NCBI GenBank assembly: GCA_964634685.1
Contig: CAZWLD010000001.1
Span: 22,696 to 86,695 of the forward strand
Direction of reading: 5' to 3'
DNA: 64,000 bases
Source of the DNA: an uncultured Anaeroplasmatales bacterium
GTDB taxonomy: Bacteria; Bacillota_I; Bacilli_A; Acholeplasmatales; JAEDCM01
The position numbers and the translations under genes are program-made. Within the stretch, counting starts at the first letter, position 1, and each line of letters starts with the position of its first letter. Below the pieces are notes generated by a model. It was given only the letters and a program-made list of their open reading frames with translations, was not told where the DNA came from and searched no databases. Shown in pieces: positions 18,054 to 25,792 of this stretch.

Positions 18054-19003
18054 TGAAGTTTCAATTTTTTCGTGATTTAGCGTATAGCGTTGTGAAGGTT
18101 CCCGCTATATACGATATGAAGGATAACAAATGGCGAAAAGCAATATTTCATTATTTATTAATTATGGTGTTTTTTACATTTCCATTGATGTTATCAATAA
18201 GTAATATGAAGACCTTCTTATTTTCTGGTTTTGCAATTGATATTGTAAATGAAGAAAATATTTCAGAAGTAATGACTGATTCTGAGCTTTTAGAGGCTCG
18301 AGAAAATGATTTTTTTGAGGTTATCGAATATTTTCCTGAGGATTTTATTATTTCAGGTGGTGAATTGAAATATAAAGAAACTGATGTTTTGGTTTTTACG
18401 AGAACACAAAGGGTAAAGGATGAATTAGACACAGAAACTGTGACTTTGGTTTTTAACCCAACTGAGAATACTGAATTTAGTACGGATGAAGGTATTACAA
18501 TCGTTTATAATCAATTTTATTTTGATGTCTATCTTAAGGGCTATAAATTCAAGATTTCCTATGGTTATAATGATAATTTTTATGCAAATGAATTTTTTCT
18601 TCAAGATGTAACCGATGCGACTGTTATGAAGACGATATTAAACTATGCTTTAGTAAATCTTGTCCATAATATCGCATGGATTGTTAATATTTTATTGTAT
18701 TTGATTTTTGCATTAGTAAATATGATTTTCATCTTGTTACTAGCATTTTGTTCTCGTTTCTTGAGGTATCGAGATAACAATTTCCCTGAATTTAACGAAA
18801 TTGTAAAGATATTAATGTATTGTTCGACAATCCCTTGCTTGATAGGCTTCATCTTAGGATTCTTTGGAGCATTTACGATAGCAATCGTTATGTATAACTT
18901 TATTCTTCCTTTTATTACTTTCTATGTTTACATTAAGAATAAATCGATTATCAAAGGTCAAATGTCAACGAAAAAAGCTAAAGAAGCAGAATATGTTTTA
19001 TAG
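18053..19003 (+). CDS. Polytopic membrane protein, possibly DUF1189 / MalA-like maltodextrose utilisation protein
   Basis: N-terminus MKFQFFRDLAYSVV.P..Y and the hydrophobic pattern resemble DUF1189. Sits in a maltodextrin locus. TAATG overlap with the amylase stop. Confidence 0.4.
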   Translation: MKFQFFRDLAYSVVKVPAIYDMKDNKWRKAIFHYLLIMVFFTFPLMLSISNMKTFLFSGFAIDIVNEENISEVMTDSELLEARENDFFEVIEYFPEDFIISGGELKYKETDVLVFTRTQRVKDELDTETVTLVFNPTENTEFSTDEGITIVYNQFYFDVYLKGYKFKISYGYNDNFYANEFFLQDVTDATVMKTILNYALVNLVHNIAWIVNILLYLIFALVNMIFILLLAFCSRFLRYRDNNFPEFNEIVKILMYCSTIPCLIGFILGFFGAFTIAIVMYNFILPFITFYVYIKNKSIIKGQMSTKKAKEAEYVL

Positions 19004-19122
19004 TAGAAAAACGCAGTGGAATTCCGCTGCGTTATTTTATTTAAAGCCATTATTAATATTTTTTGCATAAAGAAAAAAGATTTATATCTTCAATTAGGGG
19101 ATATAAATCTTTTATTTTTGAA

Positions 19123-22077
19123 TTATACAACGTTGTTTTTCTTGCGAGGCTTTACTTTAACGATAACTAAAGCTGTTGCACCACCAACAACGGCAACGCC
19201 ACCAATAACGGATACAGCAATAATTGCAGCATTAGCGCCATTATTTTTCTTTGTATCGTTATTTCCATCAGAGGTACTGCCAGAGCCATTAGTAGAAGAG
19301 CTGCTAGAATCATTATTAGTAGAGCTACTAGAATTATTATCAGTAGATGTGCTAGAATTATTTTCTGTAGTACCAGGTCCTGGTGGAGTAATTTGGTTAA
19401 ATTTCTTAACAAGAATAACAGTTTCATTTGCCTCTAGATCGATATAATCGGTTGTTTGAGGAACACCAACGGTATTAGTTGAAGTAGAAACAGAGGTGTA
19501 TACAGGAGTATATGTGCCTAAATCTACTGTGAATCCATGATAATACTTGTCGGTATTATGAATAACGATATATTCTCCCCATTCATCGGTTGTAGATGTA
19601 ATCTTGTAAGCAATGAATTTGCTACTAGTAGTATCTAAGAATGTTAAATTCTTATTGATTTCGTCATAAGAAGTCATTCTTAATGATGGATGGCTCTTAC
19701 GAATAGAAATTAATTCTTGATAATTTGTAAATACATAATTATAAGTTACTTTACGAGAATAATCTAATTGGTTAACGGCGTCACTCTTATTATATGAGTT
19801 TCCATCTCCACCCTTTGTCCTTAGCATTTCAATACCAGAATCTAGGAAGGAAATACCTTGGGAAGTTAAAAGTAATGCTCCACCAGAGATAACCTTTGGT
19901 GCGATTGTTGTATTGATATCATAAGTAGAAATTGATTTAGGGAAGCTAGAAACATCGTTTCCTGATAAATAATAGTAAGCTACTTTATCAAATAAAGTCC
20001 AGTTATCATGACATTCAACGTAGTTAATTTGTTGATTTGGACTTACATATGAATATCCAGAAGAGCCAACAGTACCACCAGAAATTCCGTATTTAGCGCC
20101 AGCTTTATTTGTTGGATCGTATAAGAAGCCTACTGAACTAGCTTCGAAGTCTTTAGCTGTTCCTTTATATCCATCACGGCTATAATCACAGAATGAACCA
20201 ACGTTTGGCATTTTGTTCATTGTTGATTTTGTGGCCATTTCACTTCCAGCAAGGGCAGAAGTTCCTCCGGTCCAAGGCTCTCCATAAATCATTATTCCTG
20301 GTTCGATTTCAGCTAATGTATCATAGATAGTATTCATAGTAGTGTAATCATGAAGACTCATCAAGTCAAAACGATATCCATCAATTCCATAATCCTCTGT
20401 CCAATGCTTTAAGGAATCAACCATAAATTTTCTAACCATTAAGCGGTCAGATGCCGTTTCATTACCACAGCCAGATCCGTTACTGAAGGAACCATTTACC
20501 ATACGGTGGAAATAACCTGGAATGATGATGTTGAAGTTAGAATCACTACTCTTTGCAGAGTGGTTATATACAACATCCATATTTACTCGGATTCCATTAT
20601 CATGGAAGGCTTGAATCATTGTTCGGTATTCCTTTACACGAACATTTCCATCATATGGATCTGTTGAATATGAGCCTTCAATTGCATTATAGTTATCAGT
20701 CATATAACCCCAGTTAAATAGACCGTCAACCGCTTGATTTTTATAGGCTTCATCGTCTAATCTTGTTTCATCTACAAATGGGAATTCCTCAATTGGAAGA
20801 ATTTGAACGTGAGTAACACCTAATTCGGCAATATGATCAAGACCAGTTTTAACAGTAACACCATTCTTTGTATAGGTAGTTCCTGATTCAGCAACACCCA
20901 TAAAGGTTCCACGATATTTTTCAGTTCCTTGCCATGTGCTGTGAGTAGTTATGTCACGAACATGCATTTCATAGATGATAGCATCAACATAGTTACCGCT
21001 GAACGCAGGTTTTTTTGTTGGGTCCCAACCGGTAGGTGTTGTTTTTTCACTATTATAATTAACAATCATACCTCTTGCGCCATTAACACCAGTAGATTCA
21101 GCGTATGGATCAACTACCTCTGTTGTTTTCTTTCCATTAGTTACCTTGTAGGTATAATAAATACTGTCTAAATCACCATTTACAGTTGCGCTCCAAACAC
21201 CTTTTTCACCTTTTTCAAGTAAAACGGTTTTGTATGGATCATCAACACCATCGCTACGAACTGAGGTTGTATGACCCTTTTCATAAAGGCATAATTCAAC
21301 CTTTGATGAAAGAGGTGCCCATAGCTTGAAGACAGAACTATTAGAAGAATAGGTAACTCCTAAATCATCTCCATCATAATAGAATTGATTATTGAAAGCA
21401 GCACTATTATAAATACCATCATATCCAACAGTTAACTCAGTTTCGACGCCATCAATTGTCATTTTTAAAGAATATGATTTTGATAAATCAATATCGCTTG
21501 ATAAATTGATATATCCAACGCCATTTGAATAAGAAGTATAACTGTTAGCAATTACAGTATCATCCTCAAATAGTTTAATGCTGCTTATTAAGCCTGCATC
21601 CTGAGCTGTCGTAGTAAATTTAATTCGAGTCTCGGACTCAAAATATGAAGTCAAGATTTTGTGACTAGTATCAACTGATGCACGATCATAATAAATTTCT
21701 TCTGATCCTGTTACTAGATAAGCATGAACATTTCCTGAAGCATCAAGATTTGTTAGGTCAATGTAACGGTCGCCATCTGGATCCTTTTCACCCCATTCTC
21801 CTTTAACAACAATTACTCCAGCCTTCTTACCATAGCTATCTAAGGATAGAGTTGCAACAGCGCCATATTCATCGGTAGAATCAAATTCAACCCATGCTCC
21901 GCTTCCGCCTTCTGGCCAAACCCAAAGGTGCCAGTTGGTAAATGTGTTGTCATATCTAAAGTAGTGGATGTAAAGATTTCCTCCAGCTGCTTTAACATTT
22001 TCTGATGAAATGATTGCAGTTGTGAAACCTATTAATGCCACTAGCAATAGAGCTGACAATTTTTTTAATAGTTTCAT
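19123..22077 (-). CDS. Cell-surface type I pullulanase (GH13 with N-terminal CBM41/PUD-like and CBM48-like modules), S/N/T-rich stalk and C-terminal TM anchor
   Basis: Signal peptide. YIHYFRYDN..W.LWVW module. FNWGYMTDNYNA, DVVYNHSA, GYRFDLMSL, YGEPWTG, YVECHDNW. C-terminus NNSSTSTDNNSSSSTNNDSSSSSTNGSGS..., a 24-aa hydrophobic helix, then KVKPRKKNNVV. SD AAGGAGTG. Confidence 0.9.
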   Translation of the reverse strand: MKLLKKLSALLLVALIGFTTAIISSENVKAAGGNLYIHYFRYDNTFTNWHLWVWPEGGSGAWVEFDSTDEYGAVATLSLDSYGKKAGVIVVKGEWGEKDPDGDRYIDLTNLDASGNVHAYLVTGSEEIYYDRASVDTSHKILTSYFESETRIKFTTTAQDAGLISSIKLFEDDTVIANSYTSYSNGVGYINLSSDIDLSKSYSLKMTIDGVETELTVGYDGIYNSAAFNNQFYYDGDDLGVTYSSNSSVFKLWAPLSSKVELCLYEKGHTTSVRSDGVDDPYKTVLLEKGEKGVWSATVNGDLDSIYYTYKVTNGKKTTEVVDPYAESTGVNGARGMIVNYNSEKTTPTGWDPTKKPAFSGNYVDAIIYEMHVRDITTHSTWQGTEKYRGTFMGVAESGTTYTKNGVTVKTGLDHIAELGVTHVQILPIEEFPFVDETRLDDEAYKNQAVDGLFNWGYMTDNYNAIEGSYSTDPYDGNVRVKEYRTMIQAFHDNGIRVNMDVVYNHSAKSSDSNFNIIIPGYFHRMVNGSFSNGSGCGNETASDRLMVRKFMVDSLKHWTEDYGIDGYRFDLMSLHDYTTMNTIYDTLAEIEPGIMIYGEPWTGGTSALAGSEMATKSTMNKMPNVGSFCDYSRDGYKGTAKDFEASSVGFLYDPTNKAGAKYGISGGTVGSSGYSYVSPNQQINYVECHDNWTLFDKVAYYYLSGNDVSSFPKSISTYDINTTIAPKVISGGALLLTSQGISFLDSGIEMLRTKGGDGNSYNKSDAVNQLDYSRKVTYNYVFTNYQELISIRKSHPSLRMTSYDEINKNLTFLDTTSSKFIAYKITSTTDEWGEYIVIHNTDKYYHGFTVDLGTYTPVYTSVSTSTNTVGVPQTTDYIDLEANETVILVKKFNQITPPGPGTTENNSSTSTDNNSSSSTNNDSSSSSTNGSGSTSDGNNDTKKNNGANAAIIAVSVIGGVAVVGGATALVIVKVKPRKKNNVV

Positions 22078-22132
22078 TTTTTCACTCCTTTTATATTGAA
22101 TAATATACTTATATTATAAACTACCTAGCATA

Positions 22133-22207
22133 ATATGTAAACGCTTCAAAAGTGGAACCGGTTACATATTGTAAAACGCTTTCTTGTATATGTACAAAAA
22201 CGCTTTC
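22133..22207 (+). promoter_or_regulatory. Three imperfect direct repeats ATAT(T)GTA(C)AAAACGCTT(T)C in the divergent pullulanase / mal-operon promoter region
   Basis: 22133-22147 ATATGTAAACGCTTC; 22166-22183 ATATTGTAAAACGCTTTC; 22188-22207 ATATGTACAAAAACGCTTTC. Palindrome AACCGGTT at 22156-22163. The last repeat ends 3 nt before a TTGCTA -35-like hexamer (22210-22215). Confidence 0.5.
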
Positions 22208-22266
22208 CTTTGCTAAAATAGAAGCATAGATTTAAAAACTAAAATTATTAGGAGGAAAACAGAGAA

Positions 22267-24084
22267 ATGAAAAAGGTTTTAAGTTTATTAATGGCTACTA
22301 CCTTAGCAATTACATTATTATGTGTTGCCAATGTAAAAGCCGCTGAACCTGTAACTTGTGGCGCTGATCAAGCTAAAGTAACTATCCATTTCCAAAAGTT
22401 TGCTGGTGGATATGAAGGTGCAGCAATCTATAACTGGATTGGATTAAAACAAGCTACTCCAGTTAAAGATCAAAACACATTTGAATTTACAGGAACTGAT
22501 TATTCAGGTGTAGATGATTTTGGTGCATATATTACTGTATGTGCAGACAAAACTGTTACAAATGCAGAAACTGGTGAAACTACACCTGTTCAATTAGGAG
22601 CTATTGGAGAAATTATCGTATTTAGTCATAGTATGCCAGCAGGAACAACCAATTTATCAAATTGGAATGCATTAAATGCTGCAGATGGTGGACGTGTTGG
22701 ATATGACGGACACAATATTGCATTCGATGGAACTAAATATAATGCTGCATTAGCTACTGGTGAGGTTCACTTATGGTATGTTGAAAATATGTTCCTTGAA
22801 GCTACTGCTATGAAGGGTGAAACTAAAATCAACTTCGAAATGGCTGTTTCTGATGGTACTGCTGAAGCTATGGCAGCTGCTAAATTTGAAGCAACTAAGT
22901 ATTGGGAAGGTGACGCTGTAGTTCATGATAAATGGAAAGGTGTAGCAAATGCAACTCTTTCTGGAAAACATGGATATGCTCAAGAAGGATTAAACACTAT
23001 TACTGTTGTTTTAGCTCATCCTGAACAAGTATTATTCGACAAAGATGGAAATGATGCTTACCAAATTTGGCAATGGGGTATTGGTTTAACTCAACCATAC
23101 AAGGTTGCAGCTGATGATTCAGTAGATATGGCTACAGATATGTTTGCTATATACAAGGGTGTTAAGAATCATTATGGTGTTTGGTACCTTAACTATGATC
23201 CTGCAACATTAGGAGCAGATCCAGGATTCAAATTCCGTTCATATGGTTCTTGGTCAGCTGAAACTAATAACTTCCAAGGTGGAGATTTCTTAGCTTATTG
23301 GAATGAAATGAAAGCTGCTGCTTCTAACTTTACAGTTGCATTATTATGGGGTTCAAAAACTGCTGATTACCGTTTTGGTGATGCAGGTGTTGCTGAATGG
23401 GTTGCTGAAATTAATGGTATGAAGATTGGTTCTGCTGAATTCTCAACTAGAAATAATTTCATGATGGAAGTAACTAAACAAATCCCTACTGCATCTGTAT
23501 TGACTAAGGATGCTGATGATAATGATATTATTAATCCTTCATTCTTCAAGGTAACTTGTGATGGAGAAGAAGTTGAAATTGCAAAAGTTTTAGGAGATAC
23601 TAAATCTTCAACTATCGTTAAATTCAATGTTGAATTAAAAGAAGAAATTGATCCTTCTAAGACTTATAATGTATACTTCGGAGTTGAATTAGATGGAACA
23701 TTATTTGAAGCTGATAGAGATATCGATTGTGATAATGAAGCTCCAACTCTTGAAGGACGTCAATCTATCGCTGTAGCTATGTGTTCAGGTGTAGTTGTAT
23801 TCCCTAACTTAACAATTTCAGATGCTAAAGATGGAACAATTTATCAATTTGAAATTTTAAGTGGAGAAGGATATAACACTATCGTAGATACAACTAAGGT
23901 TGGTGCATATGTTGTAACATTCGCTGCTTCTGATAAGATGGGCAATCAAGGAACTCTTGAGGTTACATTTAACGTAGTTGATACTGCAGCTGGTTCATCA
24001 AATGCTAATGCTGGTTTAGCTTTATTAGGATTATTACCAGCAGCTGTTGTTGGCTTAGTTGCATTCAGAAAATTCTCAATGTAA
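22267..24084 (+). CDS. Uncharacterised secreted, C-terminally membrane-anchored protein with pullulanase-associated (CBM41/PUD-like) modules and an Ig-like (DUF5011-like) domain; putative surface glucan-binding protein
   Basis: Signal peptide ...VKA-AEP. Modules VTIHFQKFAGGYEGAAIYNWIG and ITVVLAHP...AYQIWQWGIG resemble the pullulanase N-terminus. Ig-like block APTLEG...ISDAKDG...VGAYVVTFAASDKMGNQG. C-terminus GLALLGLLPAAVVGLVAFRKFSM. First gene of the mal operon. Strong SD. Confidence 0.6.
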   Translation: MKKVLSLLMATTLAITLLCVANVKAAEPVTCGADQAKVTIHFQKFAGGYEGAAIYNWIGLKQATPVKDQNTFEFTGTDYSGVDDFGAYITVCADKTVTNAETGETTPVQLGAIGEIIVFSHSMPAGTTNLSNWNALNAADGGRVGYDGHNIAFDGTKYNAALATGEVHLWYVENMFLEATAMKGETKINFEMAVSDGTAEAMAAAKFEATKYWEGDAVVHDKWKGVANATLSGKHGYAQEGLNTITVVLAHPEQVLFDKDGNDAYQIWQWGIGLTQPYKVAADDSVDMATDMFAIYKGVKNHYGVWYLNYDPATLGADPGFKFRSYGSWSAETNNFQGGDFLAYWNEMKAAASNFTVALLWGSKTADYRFGDAGVAEWVAEINGMKIGSAEFSTRNNFMMEVTKQIPTASVLTKDADDNDIINPSFFKVTCDGEEVEIAKVLGDTKSSTIVKFNVELKEEIDPSKTYNVYFGVELDGTLFEADRDIDCDNEAPTLEGRQSIAVAMCSGVVVFPNLTISDAKDGTIYQFEILSGEGYNTIVDTTKVGAYVVTFAASDKMGNQGTLEVTFNVVDTAAGSSNANAGLALLGLLPAAVVGLVAFRKFSM

Positions 24085-24098
24085 GGAGGTAAACTAAC

Positions 24099-25712
24099 GT
24101 GAGAAGAAAATTATTATATGGTTTAACATTATTGTTAGCTTCAGCATCTGTAGTTGGCCTTGCTGCATGTGGAGACAAGAAAACTACTACTGAAGCCGAC
24201 ACTACAACAAATCAAAACACTACAACAAATCAAGACACTACAACAAATCAAGACACTACAACTCAAACTCCAGGTCCAACTGTATGTAAAGGAACTGCAG
24301 AAGAGTTAGCTAACATGAAGGTTGATACAGTTAATTTAGTGCCTAAAAAGACAGTTATTAAGCTTTATGCTGATAATGGTGATGCTTATGCAAATCAACT
24401 TGCTGCACAATTCCAAGCTGCACATCCTGAATACATTGTTGAAGTATCTAAGGTTGGAGCAACTGAAGTACGTGCTCGTATGGAATTAGAAGGAGCAGAT
24501 GGTGCAGACGTATTCATCTTCCCTCATGACCATGTAGGACCAGCTTTAGCTTCTAACTTATTAGCAAAAGCTCCAACTGATGTTGCAGATGGATTCAAAA
24601 AAACTTTAAAAGATTCTACTCTTGATACTATTAGATCTTGTTGGGATGATGCTACAGGAAAACAAAAGAAATGTACTGAAACTGATGAGAAATATGTATT
24701 TGGTGCTCCACTTAGTGCAGAATCTAATGCATTATTCTACAACAAAGCTCTATTAAGTCAAATTTTATTAAATGAACCAGGCGAAGATGAAACAACTCCA
24801 TTTACAGCTGAAGTATGGGCATCAATTCCTGATGAAACAAAGCTTAAATGGGAGAATGTTGTTGCTGATTTAAATGGAAGTAACCTTTCTACTTTAATGA
24901 CATTAGATGATATGTTAGAAGTTGCTAAATACTACAATAGCATTGAAAGTGGAAATTCTCGTTATTTCTATCAAGCAGACTTTGACGACTTCTATCATAG
25001 TTATATGTATTTAACACCATTTGGATACGATTTATTTGGTGAAGGTGGAGATGATAAGACTTTAGATAATCTTAACTCTGAACCTGTTCTTAAAGCATTA
25101 GCTTATATTCAAGAAAAATTTGGTATTAATTCTAAAACTCCTTGGTATCCAGGTGCAGGATCAATTGTACAAGATACTTATATGGAAGAATTCTATTCAG
25201 GAAAAGCTCCAATCGTTGTAACTGGACCTTGGAATGCAAGTAACATTTACAAGAACTTTGCTGTTGGTGAAGGCGATAATGTTACTTATCCTAATTTAGG
25301 TGGATGCGGAATGCCTGATGTTGTAATTGATGGTGTTAGAAAACCTTCAACAACATTCTCAGGAGTTCAAGTAATTGGTGTTAGTAAGCTTTCTAAAGTT
25401 ACTGGAGATGCTTGGAAATTAGTTCAATTTATGGTTTCTAAAGAGGGGGCTACAATTCTTTATAGTACTTCTGGTAAATTACCATGCTTAGATGATCTTG
25501 ATGGTATTGAAGGAATTGATGAAGATATCGTATTAAATGCTATATCTGCACAATTAACTAACTCTAAAGGTATGCCATCTATTTCTGAAATGGGTTATAT
25601 GTGGACAATTGGTGCTACATTATTCACTGATACATTCACTAATATGGCTCCTGCTGATGCTGCTAAGAAAGCTCATGATTCATATGTAGCTCAAGCTGGA
25701 ATTGGTGCATAA
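24099..25712 (+). CDS. Maltodextrin/oligosaccharide ABC transporter substrate-binding lipoprotein (MalE/MdxE-like)
   Basis: GTG start 9 nt after AGGAGG. Lipobox LAAC-G. Family-1 SBP features (DVFIFPHD, GPWN). Immediately upstream of the MalF/MalG-type permeases. Confidence 0.8.
   Translation: MRRKLLYGLTLLLASASVVGLAACGDKKTTTEADTTTNQNTTTNQDTTTNQDTTTQTPGPTVCKGTAEELANMKVDTVNLVPKKTVIKLYADNGDAYANQLAAQFQAAHPEYIVEVSKVGATEVRARMELEGADGADVFIFPHDHVGPALASNLLAKAPTDVADGFKKTLKDSTLDTIRSCWDDATGKQKKCTETDEKYVFGAPLSAESNALFYNKALLSQILLNEPGEDETTPFTAEVWASIPDETKLKWENVVADLNGSNLSTLMTLDDMLEVAKYYNSIESGNSRYFYQADFDDFYHSYMYLTPFGYDLFGEGGDDKTLDNLNSEPVLKALAYIQEKFGINSKTPWYPGAGSIVQDTYMEEFYSGKAPIVVTGPWNASNIYKNFAVGEGDNVTYPNLGGCGMPDVVIDGVRKPSTTFSGVQVIGVSKLSKVTGDAWKLVQFMVSKEGATILYSTSGKLPCLDDLDGIEGIDEDIVLNAISAQLTNSKGMPSISEMGYMWTIGATLFTDTFTNMAPADAAKKAHDSYVAQAGIGA
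24201..24263 (+). repeat. 18-bp tandem repeat (~3.5 copies) encoding a TTTNQ(N/D) linker after the lipobox Cys
   Basis: actacaacaaatcaaaac / actacaacaaatcaagac / actacaacaaatcaagac / actacaact... Protein TTTNQNTTTNQDTTTNQDTTTQT. Confidence 0.9.
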
Positions 25713-25792
25713 TTAGTTTTAAATTTTAAAAAAATCGATTAATAAAGCCATGGCTATCCATGGCTTTATTAAAATAAATGAGGTGTAATTAA

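Noticed and set aside
19016-19447. ORFs 19016-19447 (+) and 19167-19427 (-) over the 3' end of the pullulanase gene.
   Set aside because: They fall in the S/N/T-rich low-complexity stalk and TM anchor of the pullulanase. They are alternative-frame artefacts of repetitive codons, with no start context.
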